From a virus (Duplodnaviria > Caudoviricetes): 64,000 nucleotides of DNA. The position numbers were made by a program, and so were the translations under genes. Below, in pieces: positions 28,206 to 38,357 of this stretch; the stretch's first letter is position 1; each line of letters starts with the position of its first letter. The notes below the pieces were generated by a model. It made no database searches and was not told where the DNA came from. It was given only the letters and a program-made list of their open reading frames with translations. Location: IMG/VR virus record IMGVR_UViG_3300033555_000001, positions 32,001 to 96,000 of that record. The stretch is one strand, 5' to 3'.

Positions 28206-29057
28206 TTGCCAGAAGGCCCGGAAGTTAAACGTGTTGCCACAGGACTAAACGATGTTATCACTGGTCTTACCATAACCGGTGCAGAAATTATTAGTGGTCG
28301 ATACACCCGTGTTGGTGAAGCTCTTGGGCTGTCTGCTCTAGTTGGCTGTACGGTAACTGGTGTGCGGTGCAAAGGCAAATTAATTGTATTTGATTTTATT
28401 TCCGGCGCAGGTAATAAATTTTCGGCGCTGAGCACGCTTGGCATGACCGGCTTTTGGACACCGGATTCCAGATTCAAGTACAAACGACTTGAGTTTAAGT
28501 TCAGTGATGGCAGTCAAGTCGGGTACCATGACCCTCGTAACTTTGGCACTTTTAAAATTGTTAGCACTGAACAGGCGCAGAAAAAACTCAATGAGTTGGG
28601 CCCAGACATTTTGGATGTTCAGCTCAGCAATAGAACCGAGTTACTAAAACAGTTTATTTCTCGAATAGAACGCTATGGCAAAAATCACACGCTTGCCACG
28701 GCACTACTGGACCAACGAATTGCCGCTGGTAGTGGGAACTACATCAGAGCTGATGCAATGTACCTGGCTGAGCTCTCACCACACCTGGAAGTGCACACGC
28801 TGGACCATGACCGGTTAAAGAGAGTGTGGACTGCACTTACGGAAATTGGCGAGGCGGTAGAACTAAATCGTTATCCACGCTTATTTTTACTGGGGGTAAG
28901 CAACAGGCTTGCTGAATTATCTCAGCGGGTACCGGTGTTTGACGAGTATCAGCACTTGGTTTACTACCAGCAGACATCTCCATTTGGTACTCCGGTTACT
29001 TCATACCGAGATAAAAATAAACGGACTGTTTGGTACGCTCCAGAGGAGCAGCGCTGA
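28206..29057 (+). CDS. Fpg/Nei-family DNA glycosylase/AP lyase (zincless finger)
   Basis: TTG start after GGGAGG gives (M)PEGPEV; CKGK, LGMTG, DPRNFG, LGPD, H2TH LLDQ..AGSGNYIRAD; no C-terminal Cys. Confidence 0.9.
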   Translation: MPEGPEVKRVATGLNDVITGLTITGAEIISGRYTRVGEALGLSALVGCTVTGVRCKGKLIVFDFISGAGNKFSALSTLGMTGFWTPDSRFKYKRLEFKFSDGSQVGYHDPRNFGTFKIVSTEQAQKKLNELGPDILDVQLSNRTELLKQFISRIERYGKNHTLATALLDQRIAAGSGNYIRADAMYLAELSPHLEVHTLDHDRLKRVWTALTEIGEAVELNRYPRLFLLGVSNRLAELSQRVPVFDEYQHLVYYQQTSPFGTPVTSYRDKNKRTVWYAPEEQR

Positions 29058-29064
29058 AAATAAA

Positions 29065-29087
29065 ATAGGGAGCCAATGGCTCCCTAT
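29065..29087. terminator. Bidirectional intrinsic terminator
   Basis: ATAGGGAGCC-AAT-GGCTCCCTAT between convergent genes. Confidence 0.85.
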
Positions 29088-29110
29088 CATTTTTACAACA
29101 CAGCAGTCAG

Positions 29111-29428
29111 TTACTTCAAGCTGCGAAAGAGCAAGCCAGCAAGAAATCCAACAGCTGCTGCAATACCAACGGCAGCGGCTGGTTGTTCACGAACTTGAGC
29201 GCGGCTCTTATTCATGGCTGCAGCGTGGGCGTCTTTTAACTGCGCACCCTTAACTTTTGCAGCAGCGCTTGCCTCTGTAGCCTTTGACATGAAGCGGTCA
29301 ATAATAGGCTTTGCTTTTGTTTCAACCGTGCTCTGTGCAAAACGAGCCGAACCAGCTGCAGCGGTTACTGCGTCCAAGCCGGCTTTTTCGGCCTGGTCAA
29401 TCACTGGGGTTTTTGGAAAAGTGTCCAT
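29111..29428 (-). CDS. ElaB/YqjD (DUF883)-like tail-anchored membrane protein
   Basis: VREQPAAAVGIAAAVGFLAGLLFRS C-terminus. Confidence 0.8.
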   Translation of the reverse strand: MDTFPKTPVIDQAEKAGLDAVTAAAGSARFAQSTVETKAKPIIDRFMSKATEASAAAKVKGAQLKDAHAAAMNKSRAQVREQPAAAVGIAAAVGFLAGLLFRSLK

Positions 29429-29443
29429 AATAAGTCTCCTTAA

Positions 29444-29719
29444 TTAACGGCAGTATCTGACGTTATTTTCAATAAAGCAATCACTGCGGCGATCATTGCT
29501 GCCACGGTGGTCGTAAGTACGTCCATTGCGCTGAATTTGCGATCCAATTAACCCGCCAACTGCAGCACCGCCAATAACTGATGCTGTGTTGCCACCAATT
29601 AATTGTCCGGCAACTGCGCCAATAGCTGCACCACCAAGTACATTTCGTTCGGTTGGAGACATGTTAGCACAGCCACTCAGTGCTGAAACTGCAAAAACTA
29701 CTGCGATTAGTGATTTCAT
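29444..29719 (-). CDS. OsmB-like glycine-zipper lipoprotein
   Basis: Lipobox LSGC; GGAAIGAVAGQLIGG...GGAAVGGLIG. Confidence 0.8.
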   Translation of the reverse strand: MKSLIAVVFAVSALSGCANMSPTERNVLGGAAIGAVAGQLIGGNTASVIGGAAVGGLIGSQIQRNGRTYDHRGSNDRRSDCFIENNVRYCR

Positions 29720-29997
29720 TTTGACTCCGGTGTAACAGTAACTGATCCACGCTTGACATCAACGTCTGGCGCAGTAAAATCAACGTCTGGTGTTTTTACG
29801 TTTGGAACAGTAACAGTCTGGTCTTCCATCTTGATAATAGGAGAACCGTCAGCTGCTGTCTTTACATCAGGGGTAAAGAACAGGAAAAACATCAGCGCAA
29901 TAAAGGCAATAATACCAACCACGGTAATAATTAACCCGGTGTTTGATTTCTTGCCCGCCTTTAATTCTGAATCAGTGTTTTGATTTCGTGGTACCAT
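29716..29997 (-). CDS. Single-pass membrane protein
   Basis: TM helix then PDV-rich tail; AAGGAG RBS; TAAATA at 30036-30041. Confidence 0.65.
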   Translation of the reverse strand: MVPRNQNTDSELKAGKKSNTGLIITVVGIIAFIALMFFLFFTPDVKTAADGSPIIKMEDQTVTVPNVKTPDVDFTAPDVDVKRGSVTVTPESK

Positions 29998-30216
29998 GTG
30001 ATTCTCCTTAGTAGATGATCAAAGCGATCTTAGGTTATTTAGCAGAAATACCTTTTAAGCAATGCTTTTTAATCTCAGTTTAACCCGAGCGCGGCTCATA
30101 GCGCGGTCATGCGTTGTACATTTATCGGCTATAATGTATAATGATTAAATCAACAGCAAAGTCCTATCAAACCAGACAATACTCTGACAGATTTTAAATG
30201 CAAGCGGGATGTTAAA

Positions 30217-30477
30217 ATGAAAGCTAAACTAAGACGTTATCGCCGGCGGTTGTGGTGCTGGTGGGTTGAATGCAAAAGAGAACACTGCTGGATTAGCGCC
30301 GATGCGATTTCAACAATGATTGCCGAGCGCAAACGGCAAGACTCGCCAAAAACAGAACCTGAAAACATTTTAGCAAACGCAGCACCCGTACGAGAAGAGC
30401 GCGCGTGTGTTGAGTGCGGACGGCGCGAGTACCTTAAAAATAAAGACTGGATTAACTTTGGCCCGCGTTCGCAATAA
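30217..30477 (+). CDS. Hypothetical protein
   Basis: Downstream of TGTACA-N16-TATAAT; CVEC motif. Confidence 0.45.
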   Translation: MKAKLRRYRRRLWCWWVECKREHCWISADAISTMIAERKRQDSPKTEPENILANAAPVREERACVECGRREYLKNKDWINFGPRSQ

Positions 30478-30589
30478 AGGATTTATAATCCGCACAAGCG
30501 GGTGTACATAGATCACCTCCACGAATTAAAGAAGTGAACCTGAATTTTAAAAGGTGTATAATACACACAGTTCTATACACAGGTAAAAC

Positions 30590-32494
30590 ATGACAAAGCA
30601 TATTGCACAAACGTATCACGTCTTAGACGAGATAGAGCACGTCCGAAAGCGGACGGGAATGTACGCAGGCTCTACTGAACTTACTTCTTCAAACGAGTGG
30701 GTCTATGATCCTGCTGCCAAGAAAATGGTAAAGCGAGATGTTCAGTACATTCCAGCTTTTGTCAAAATCTTTTCTGAAATTCTGGACAACGCAATTGATG
30801 AAGCCCGCCGCCACGGCGTGTGTGATGCTATTCGAGTAGAGTTTGACCAAGACGGTTCTATTTCGGTAACTGATAATGGTTCAGGTATTCCAGTTCAAAT
30901 TCACCCGCAAACCGGCAAGTACGTTGCTGAGACGGTTTTTTCTAATCTGCGAGCTGGTTCTAATTTCAATGACTCTGAAGACCAACAATTAATCGGTACT
31001 AACGGAGTCGGCAGCACGCTCACAAATATCCTGTCAAAACACTTTAGAGTTGAGTCGTGCGACGGTAAAAAGCTGCTTCGTCAGGATTTTTATAATGGTT
31101 TGCGCGAGCGCACAGACCCAAAGATTACGGCCCACAATAAAAAGTATACTAAAATCACCTTTACTCCGGACTATGAGTTCTTTAAACTCACTGAGCTCAG
31201 CACTGACCACGTGCTAAAGATGACAAAAAAGGTTGCCGACGCTGCTGCATGTAATCCAGCAGTCAAGTTCTATGTGAACGGCGAACGGTTAAATGTTGCA
31301 GACTTTGGCGACTACATTGCTCTCTATGCCACTGATTTTGTATACGATGACACCACAGATTGGAAGGTCGGTATCTCGGCGTCAGACGGCTTTGAGCAAG
31401 TTTCCTTTGTTAATTCCGTAGAGACTTATCAGGGTGGCACGCACGTGTTCTATGTAATGGATCAGATTACTGAAGCCATTCGCACGTTCTTGAAGAAAAA
31501 ATACAAAGCAGACGTGAAGCCCGCCGATATTCGCAATCACATGCGCGTATACATTAGCGCAAACGTGAACCGCCCTAAGTTTTCAAGTCAGACAAAAGAA
31601 AACATGATCAGTCAGCCCGGCACCTACAAGACTAGCTGGCAGGTGCCGGACAAAATGATCACAAAACTGTTGAAGTCCCCAATCATTCAAACAGTGCTGG
31701 ACTGGATTGAAGCCAAGGCAAAAGCTGCCGAGCTTGCTGAGCTCCGTAAGCTGAATAAGGACGCCAGCAAGACTAACCCAAAGCGCGTTGATAAGTTTGA
31801 CGACGCCGTGGAAAAGACTGATCGTCACCTGTGCGAGTGCTATTTTACCGAGGGCGATTCCGCACGAAACTCAATTCAGTCTGCACGCGGTAAAAACAGG
31901 CATATTGGTTCGTTTTCTCTGCGGGGCAAGCCAACTAATGTGTATGACGAGGACATCAAGGAGTTAATTAAGCCTCGCAAGAGTGGTGAGCTCTCTGAAT
32001 TTGCTAACATGATGGTTGTAACTGGTTTACAGTTTGGCGAGCCAGTCAACAGTATTACTCAGCTCAGATTTGGCAAGCTCGTAGTGCTCAGTGATGAAGA
32101 TTTAGACGGGTACCATGTTTCTTCTCTTGTGCTGTCATTTTGGGCAAAGTACTGGCCAGAGTTGTTTAAGCTTGGGGTTGTGTACCGCATGAATACACCG
32201 CTCTACATTGTCACTACTGGAAAGGGCGAAGTGCATGAGTTCTTTACTGATGAGGATTTTGAAGCGTGGGCACTAACAGCGCCAAAGCACAAAGCTGACC
32301 GGTTTAAGGGACTGGGTGGTTTTGATACTGATACGTTTGGCAGGTTTTTAGAAAACCGCGACAAATATCTGACCAGAATTACGGAACTAGAGGCTGCTGA
32401 TATGGCAAAATTTGAACTAGCGTTTTCAAATACCAAAGCAGATGCTCGTAAAGAGTGGCTGGACGGCGTTAATTATTTTCAAGTCACAGAATGA
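30590..32494 (+). CDS. Type IIA DNA topoisomerase ATPase/TOPRIM subunit (T4 gp39+60-like)
   Basis: EILDNAID, DNGSGIP, GTNGVGS, EGDSA, LRGK, DEDLDG, FKGLG. Confidence 0.95.
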   Translation: MTKHIAQTYHVLDEIEHVRKRTGMYAGSTELTSSNEWVYDPAAKKMVKRDVQYIPAFVKIFSEILDNAIDEARRHGVCDAIRVEFDQDGSISVTDNGSGIPVQIHPQTGKYVAETVFSNLRAGSNFNDSEDQQLIGTNGVGSTLTNILSKHFRVESCDGKKLLRQDFYNGLRERTDPKITAHNKKYTKITFTPDYEFFKLTELSTDHVLKMTKKVADAAACNPAVKFYVNGERLNVADFGDYIALYATDFVYDDTTDWKVGISASDGFEQVSFVNSVETYQGGTHVFYVMDQITEAIRTFLKKKYKADVKPADIRNHMRVYISANVNRPKFSSQTKENMISQPGTYKTSWQVPDKMITKLLKSPIIQTVLDWIEAKAKAAELAELRKLNKDASKTNPKRVDKFDDAVEKTDRHLCECYFTEGDSARNSIQSARGKNRHIGSFSLRGKPTNVYDEDIKELIKPRKSGELSEFANMMVVTGLQFGEPVNSITQLRFGKLVVLSDEDLDGYHVSSLVLSFWAKYWPELFKLGVVYRMNTPLYIVTTGKGEVHEFFTDEDFEAWALTAPKHKADRFKGLGGFDTDTFGRFLENRDKYLTRITELEAADMAKFELAFSNTKADARKEWLDGVNYFQVTE

Positions 32495-32676
32495 ACTTAG
32501 AAGAATTACCAAGGGCAATCAAAATGAGTCATGAAGAATTAAAATTACTACTGGACCTGCTACGCACCTCTCAATTGGCACTTGACGAATTGTTGATGCA
32601 AGGGAAACAAGAGTATGCACGAGATCTGGAGCACGGAATCAGAATTCTGAAAGATGAAATTAAAAATAGCTATTAG
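32491..32676 (+). CDS. Hypothetical protein
   Basis: ATGA-coupled to the topoisomerase gene. Confidence 0.5.
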   Translation: MNLEELPRAIKMSHEELKLLLDLLRTSQLALDELLMQGKQEYARDLEHGIRILKDEIKNSY

Positions 32677-32685
32677 GGTTACTCC

Positions 32686-33024
32686 ATGAATCAACAAAAA
32701 GAAACGCTGTACGAGATTTATCAGCGCTCGCCGCAAGAATCACTGGACGAACTTTTTGCTCGTGCAGCACAGAGATGTCCTCTCCATCGCGGCAATAAAA
32801 CCGCATTTATTTCTCAAGCTATGTTTGGACTTAACAATAGAACAACGCGGTACGGCGGCTATAAGAATATTTCAAAAGCTTACTTAGCTGAACATCTCCA
32901 CAGGATTGAATTTTGGGACGGTGCTCCATCCATATTTTGGCTTGATCTTGTTCACAATGAGCGGACTTATCGGCCTGTTTTACTCTCTGAGGCCGATAAG
33001 TATCTTGATTCAACTGTGATATAA
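32686..33024 (+). CDS. Hypothetical protein
   Basis: ORF between the two topoisomerase subunit genes. Confidence 0.5.
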   Translation: MNQQKETLYEIYQRSPQESLDELFARAAQRCPLHRGNKTAFISQAMFGLNNRTTRYGGYKNISKAYLAEHLHRIEFWDGAPSIFWLDLVHNERTYRPVLLSEADKYLDSTVI

Positions 33025-33031
33025 TACTGAC

Positions 33032-34378
33032 ATGACTAAACAAGACAACAAGATCAGCGCCTCAGAGTTCATTGACGAGAAACTTCGCCTGTACTCCGCG
33101 CACTCCAACGTCCGGGGCATTCCATTTATCGGCGATGGTTTTAAGCAATCACACCGCAAAGCGCTTGATGGTATGATGCGCCGCGGCGAAAATGCTGACA
33201 AAGATACAGTGGAACGTATTGCCGCTGCCACTGCCTCGGTAACTGATTATGCGCACGGTGTTGGATCACTTGAGGGCACGATTGTTGGCATGGCGCAGAA
33301 CTTTGCCGGCTCCAATAACCTGCCGCTCTTTGAAGCGCACGGCCAGTTTGGTAACCGGCTCAATAAGAAACCGTCGGCCTCACGGTACATTAAAACCAAG
33401 CTGAGCCCAATGTTCCGTCAGCTCTTCAGAAAAGAAGATGATCTGATTTTTGAGCGGATTAATTCAAACGGCCTGTGGGTAGAGCCAAAGTACTTTACGC
33501 CAATCTTGCCGCTGGTGCTCGTTAATGGCGCAGAGGGTATGGGTACTGGGCACTCGTGCTACATCATGTCCTACAATCCCAAAGACATCAAGTCCTCAAT
33601 TCTAAAACTGCTTGATGGTAAAAGTCTAAAACCTAACTCGTTGCTGCCGTGGTGGCGTGGTTTTAATGGTACAGTAGAGCGTGACAAGGTTACTGGTCAG
33701 ATCGTAATCGAGGGTAAGTACGCGGTGAAAGAGGGCCGCAATGTCATCATCACTGTAACTGAGCTGCCAATTGGTGTACAAAGCGACCAGTACAAAGCGC
33801 ACCTAGAAAAGCTAGAAGATCGCGGCATCATTACTGATTATGATAATTTAAGTGATAAAAACGGTTTTGAGTTCGTAATCAGAGTTCCTAGAAGCACCCT
33901 GGCTCTTCCACCAGACGAGATCAAAAAGCTCTTTAAGCTTATTTCTCGTGAGTCTGAGAACCTCACCGTGTGGAACAGTGATGGTGTTCTTACTCGTTAT
34001 GAGAACGTAGAAGATTTGCTCGGCGATTTTGTGGTGTGGCGTGTAGATCGATATGAAGATCGGCGAGTAGCGCTGATCAAGAAGATAAAAGCGGACATTG
34101 CCTGGGCTGGCTTAAAAATTCGCTTTATACTGTTTTATATTGCAAATTATAAATTCTTCCGAGATACCTCTAACAAAGAGCTGCAGGCTCGGCTTGTTGC
34201 TGAAGGATTCGAGCGGCACGACGAGTTGCTGGGCATGCCAATGCGTAACTTAACGCGTGACAAAATTGCAGAACTTGAAAAAGATGTTAAGGACTTAGAG
34301 GTAGCGCTCAAGGGCCTCATGGCTGATGACGCAATTTCAATGTTTAAACGAGAACTTGAGGAGCTAAAACTACCATGA
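33032..34378 (+). CDS. Type IIA DNA topoisomerase breakage-reunion subunit (T4 gp52-like)
   Basis: DGFKQSHRK, YAHG, GQFG, active-site SRYI, LVNGAEGMGTG, ITELP. Confidence 0.95.
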   Translation: MTKQDNKISASEFIDEKLRLYSAHSNVRGIPFIGDGFKQSHRKALDGMMRRGENADKDTVERIAAATASVTDYAHGVGSLEGTIVGMAQNFAGSNNLPLFEAHGQFGNRLNKKPSASRYIKTKLSPMFRQLFRKEDDLIFERINSNGLWVEPKYFTPILPLVLVNGAEGMGTGHSCYIMSYNPKDIKSSILKLLDGKSLKPNSLLPWWRGFNGTVERDKVTGQIVIEGKYAVKEGRNVIITVTELPIGVQSDQYKAHLEKLEDRGIITDYDNLSDKNGFEFVIRVPRSTLALPPDEIKKLFKLISRESENLTVWNSDGVLTRYENVEDLLGDFVVWRVDRYEDRRVALIKKIKADIAWAGLKIRFILFYIANYKFFRDTSNKELQARLVAEGFERHDELLGMPMRNLTRDKIAELEKDVKDLEVALKGLMADDAISMFKRELEELKLP

Positions 34379-34605
34379 TTATTTCATCCCGTCAGGATCC
34401 AGCCGCAGCGCCAGCTGAAATTGTTATCAGCATTACAGAGGACTACACAGTAGATCCACCTGAGCTGCGAGTAATACGGGTTACGCCAAATCAAGATACA
34501 CTGCTCTTGATTAAACATCCCGCTGATAAAATCAGCATGTACGACCTTGTTAATATACTGCATAAGCTTGACGTCAGTATAGAGTACGAAGAGCTCCGCC
34601 CCTAA
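34375..34605 (+). CDS. Hypothetical protein
   Basis: ATGA-coupled ORF. Confidence 0.55.
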   Translation: MIISSRQDPAAAPAEIVISITEDYTVDPPELRVIRVTPNQDTLLLIKHPADKISMYDLVNILHKLDVSIEYEELRP

Positions 34606-34617
34606 TTTAAAGCGCCC

Positions 34618-35430
34618 ATGAGCAACGAACCATATTCAGTACTTGGCATTCCATTTGGCGCAGACGTAGAGGCGGCCAAAGTTGCCTATCGCAAACTAGC
34701 AATGCTGCATCACCCTGACCGAGGTGGCGACGAGGTAATGTTCAAGCGAATAAAGGCAGCTTTTGAAGCAATTGAGGCAGGATGGACACCGCCAAAACAA
34801 TCCGCTCAGCAAGCTCCCCAGCAAGCACGTAAAAGAGCGGCACCCCGCGCGCCAGCGCTGCCAAAAACAACAAAGTACCGCAACACCGTGTACGTGGTGC
34901 TTGAGGTAACGCCGGAGCAAGAGGCCACGGGTTGCACAATACCATTTAACCACGATGGCAGAGTGCTGCAATTCTCAGTTCACCCGGCCATGATTCCGCG
35001 CGACACACTGCAGTACTTTAGGGTGCATAATTTTCGTGAAGATTTGGTAATTGGCATTGAGAATAATGATTTGCTAATCAGTGTTACTCTTAAATTTACA
35101 GTACCACCAACTCATACTTTTAAAGAGGCGTCAGCACTTGACGAAGATCCGCCGTCTGATATGAAGTGCAAGCTTCCAGTCTGCGCGCTTGGGCTGTTTA
35201 CCGGCGGAAAGCTAACAACCCTTGATCACATGAATGAGGAAGTTCAAATTTCCCTGCCGGCAGGATATAATCCAGCTGAGCCTATTGTAGTCAAGGGTCG
35301 CGGTTATGGCGGCCCGCGCGGGCGCGGCGATTTATACGTGCAGATTGAACCAGTTTTCTCGGTGCCAAGTGCACTGAGCGCCAATGATTTAAAACAACTA
35401 CAGCGGCTAAATGAGATGGTAAACACATGA
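34618..35430 (+). CDS. J-domain co-chaperone (DnaJ-like) 1
   Basis: PYSVLG...[14 protein letters not shown]; C-terminal [17 protein letters not shown]. Confidence 0.85.
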   Translation: MSNEPYSVLGIPFGADVEAAKVAYRKLAMLHHPDRGGDEVMFKRIKAAFEAIEAGWTPPKQSAQQAPQQARKRAAPRAPALPKTTKYRNTVYVVLEVTPEQEATGCTIPFNHDGRVLQFSVHPAMIPRDTLQYFRVHNFREDLVIGIENNDLLISVTLKFTVPPTHTFKEASALDEDPPSDMKCKLPVCALGLFTGGKLTTLDHMNEEVQISLPAGYNPAEPIVVKGRGYGGPRGRGDLYVQIEPVFSVPSALSANDLKQLQRLNEMVNT

Positions 35431-36251
35431 CACAAGATTACTACCGAGTGCTGGGCGTAGAGCGCGGTGCCTCTGAAGAAGCAATTAAAGCAGCGTACCG
35501 TAAGCTGGCAATGGAGCATCACCCTGACCGTGAGGGCGGTGACGAGGCCAAGTTCAAGGAAATAAAAGAGGCGTACGAAGTGCTTAGCGATCCAAGAAAG
35601 CGCGCTAATTACGAGCAGCCAGAATCTAGAGGCTGGGGCGGCACAGGATCATCGATTGACGAACTCGTCAGACGCATGCACGAGCAAATGCGAGCTCAGC
35701 ATCAGCGCGCACAGGAAAACTCAATTCCATTTATTCACATAAAATTAAATTTGGAGCGTGCCTTTAACGGCGCAACGGTTAATTTGCAACTGCATGGTTC
35801 AACTATCCCCTATGCAGTCAGACCCGGAATACCACCGGGCGCCACGTACACGGACTCTGTTAAAATTGGTGATAAAGAGCGCCAAATTCAGGTGCAAATA
35901 ACTATTGACACTGGCGCATTTGACTTTAGGGCAGTTGGATCATCAGACGGGCATTTTTTCTGCGGAGATTTAGAGACCACGGTTAGTGTTGATGCTCTTG
36001 ATATTCTGGCTGGCGGCTGGATTGACGTCACCGATTTCTGTGGTAAAAAGCTAGCAGTCAGAGTTCCTAGTGGTTTTGATTTGCAGCACCGCCTAAAAGT
36101 TGCGGGGCACGGGTACTCGAATTGGAGAGGCGAAAATGCTGCTGAACGCGCAGATTTATACTTGAGAGTACTTCCAGTGTTTAAACCTTTAAAGGCGCTT
36201 GATCTTGCCAAGGTAACAGAACTGCAGCGCCTTGTTAAGGAGGCTCAATGA
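35427..36251 (+). CDS. J-domain co-chaperone (DnaJ-like) 2
   Basis: DYYRVLGV...HHPDREGG...[15 protein letters not shown]; DnaJ-C-like LKVAGHG...DLYLRV. Confidence 0.9.
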   Translation: MTQDYYRVLGVERGASEEAIKAAYRKLAMEHHPDREGGDEAKFKEIKEAYEVLSDPRKRANYEQPESRGWGGTGSSIDELVRRMHEQMRAQHQRAQENSIPFIHIKLNLERAFNGATVNLQLHGSTIPYAVRPGIPPGATYTDSVKIGDKERQIQVQITIDTGAFDFRAVGSSDGHFFCGDLETTVSVDALDILAGGWIDVTDFCGKKLAVRVPSGFDLQHRLKVAGHGYSNWRGENAAERADLYLRVLPVFKPLKALDLAKVTELQRLVKEAQ

Positions 36252-36805
36252 AGCTGTACCGCGTAATTTCGGGCGGGCAGACTGGGGCAGATCAGGCTGG
36301 GTTGTTTGCAGCCACTAAATTTAAAGTGCGAACTGGTGGGACTGCTCCAGATAATTGGAATACATCTCGCGGCAGCAATCCACTGCTGGCTGCGTTTGGA
36401 CTGCAGGCCTATGGAAATTTAAACGAACGAACAGAAATAAATATTCGCGATTCTGATGGCACGGTAATTTTTACAGAGCAGTTTGATTCCCCAGGTTCAG
36501 TGATCACTCGATCATTTTGCCTGAAACACAAAAAGCCATTTCTTGATATCGATCTGTCTTGTCATGTTGCCAAAGAATTAAGTGGCGAGCTAACAGCGGT
36601 TGGTGGTGGATTATCAGGCTGCGAAGTAGCGCAGAAAATAGCCGCCTTTTTGCGAGAACATAACATTGGTATTCTTAACGTTGCTGGTAACCGAGAGCGC
36701 CATAAAAATAATCTGACATTCAGACACTCGGCACTGCTCCTGTCTGAAACCTTTTTGTTGCTGGCCCTTGAAAAAGAGCTTGTTCAGGATACCGAACGTT
36801 TTTAA
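36248..36805 (+). CDS. SLOG-superfamily protein (putative molybdenum-carrier/YpsA-like)
   Basis: [32 protein letters not shown]. Confidence 0.8.
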   Translation: MKLYRVISGGQTGADQAGLFAATKFKVRTGGTAPDNWNTSRGSNPLLAAFGLQAYGNLNERTEINIRDSDGTVIFTEQFDSPGSVITRSFCLKHKKPFLDIDLSCHVAKELSGELTAVGGGLSGCEVAQKIAAFLREHNIGILNVAGNRERHKNNLTFRHSALLLSETFLLLALEKELVQDTERF

Positions 36806-36822
36806 TTAGACTAAAATAGTAT

Positions 36823-37350
36823 ATGAAAACACTCTTAGATAAAAGTAAATTCTTGTCCTTTTTGCTCAGGCATAAACCGCAGGTTGCAAAGCTCACTCTT
36901 GACCGTGAGGGCTGGTGCGCAATGTCTACAATTTCGCAGAATACTGACATCACGTTAGATGACTTACTTGAAATTACGCGGTCAGATGATAAAAAACGGT
37001 ATACTATTAAGGGCGATAAAATCCGCGCTAATCAAGGGCACAGTACGCCTCTAGTAGAACTTACTTTTGAAAAACGAGATCCTCCTGCAGTACTCTACCA
37101 CGGCACCACTCTTTCTTCCTGGAACGTTATTAAAACTGACGGCTTGAAGTCAATGAGCAGGCATATGGTGCATCTTACTGACGACCAAGAAATTGCAACT
37201 TCTGTTTCTGGGCGGCGCCGTGGAGGCCGTGTTATTGTTATTGTTGACGCAGCCGCCGCATCTGCAGCCGGATTAGAGTTCTTTGTTTCTGATAATGAGG
37301 TGTGGCTCGTAAAAGAAGTGCCGCCTCAATACATCAAAGGTGAAATTTAA
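36823..37350 (+). CDS. kptA: RNA 2'-phosphotransferase (KptA/Tpt1)
   Basis: SKFLSFLLRH, KKRY, IRANQGHS, LYHGT, MSRHMVHL, NEVWL. Confidence 0.93.
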   Translation: MKTLLDKSKFLSFLLRHKPQVAKLTLDREGWCAMSTISQNTDITLDDLLEITRSDDKKRYTIKGDKIRANQGHSTPLVELTFEKRDPPAVLYHGTTLSSWNVIKTDGLKSMSRHMVHLTDDQEIATSVSGRRRGGRVIVIVDAAAASAAGLEFFVSDNEVWLVKEVPPQYIKGEI

Positions 37351-38348
37351 TGGACCAGGCACTTGAGTATCTAATACCCGCGGTGGTGGTTTTTATAGTA
37401 ATGGGATCTTTGTTGTGGATAGACATTAAACTAATGTTTACTGCGTACAAAGAAACAGGTTGGGAAACTGATTTACAGGAACTGTACGGTAAAATCCTGG
37501 CCAATGGTGAGCTGCGGGCAGATCGCACTGGAACTGGTACTATTGCACTGTTTGGCGAGCGATTAGTAATTGATTTGCGACACGGCTTTCCGGCAGTGAC
37601 AACGAAAAAATTAGCGTTTAAGTCAATGGTGGCAGAGCTCCTGTGGTTTATTGAGGGCTCGGGAGATGAGCGCCGGCTGGCTGAAATTCAGTTTGGAACC
37701 AGAGATGAGGCCAAGCGAACAATTTGGTCCGACAACGCCAATGCCGAGTACTGGAAGTCGCGCGCAAAATTTAAGGGTGATCTTGGCCGGATATACGGCG
37801 TGCAGTGGAGACACTGGGCAACATACACCAGTTATGACACACTGTATCACCCACCGCTTTTTGTTGTTGGCGAGATTGATCAGCTTAAAGAATTGATCAA
37901 TAAACTAAAAACAAATCCTACTGATCGGCGCCTGATTTTGTCCGCTTGGAATGCTGGCGAGCTTGACAGCATGGCGCTGCCGCCCTGCCATATGTTTGCA
38001 CAATTTTACCTGAGCAATGATAACGAACTGTCATGCCAAATGTATCAGAGATCAGCGGACGTTGCACTCGGGATCCCTTTTAATATTGCCTCTTACGCGC
38101 TCTTAACACACATGATTGCCCATGTTATAGCAGCAGACGTTGGAACCCTTACCATGGTGTTGGGTGATGCGCATCTTTATTTGGATCATATTGAAGGAGT
38201 AAAGAAACAGCTTTCTAAAAAACTTTATGCGCCACCAATTTTAAATATTATTCGAAAAGTGGGTAATATTGACGATTTTAAAATGAGTGATTTTGAATTA
38301 TTGAACTATCAACATCATGCAGCAGTTGCTCTAAAAATGTCAATATAA
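37350..38348 (+). CDS. thyA: Thymidylate synthase
   Basis: DRTGTGT, TTKKL, ELLWF, ALPPCH, QRSAD, GIPFNIASY (Asn, dUMP-specific); start uncertain. Confidence 0.95.
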   Translation: MDQALEYLIPAVVVFIVMGSLLWIDIKLMFTAYKETGWETDLQELYGKILANGELRADRTGTGTIALFGERLVIDLRHGFPAVTTKKLAFKSMVAELLWFIEGSGDERRLAEIQFGTRDEAKRTIWSDNANAEYWKSRAKFKGDLGRIYGVQWRHWATYTSYDTLYHPPLFVVGEIDQLKELINKLKTNPTDRRLILSAWNAGELDSMALPPCHMFAQFYLSNDNELSCQMYQRSADVALGIPFNIASYALLTHMIAHVIAADVGTLTMVLGDAHLYLDHIEGVKKQLSKKLYAPPILNIIRKVGNIDDFKMSDFELLNYQHHAAVALKMSI

Positions 38349-38357
38349 GCAGACTAT

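Noticed and set aside
29444-29997. Definite spanin call
   Set aside because: No long periplasmic coiled coil or Pro-rich o-spanin pattern; the sequences match stress-protein families better. Kept only as an alternative hypothesis.
32491-33024. ORFs between the topoisomerase subunits as an intein, intron or mobile insertion
   Set aside because: Both subunits are intact and the ORFs lack endonuclease or splicing motifs.
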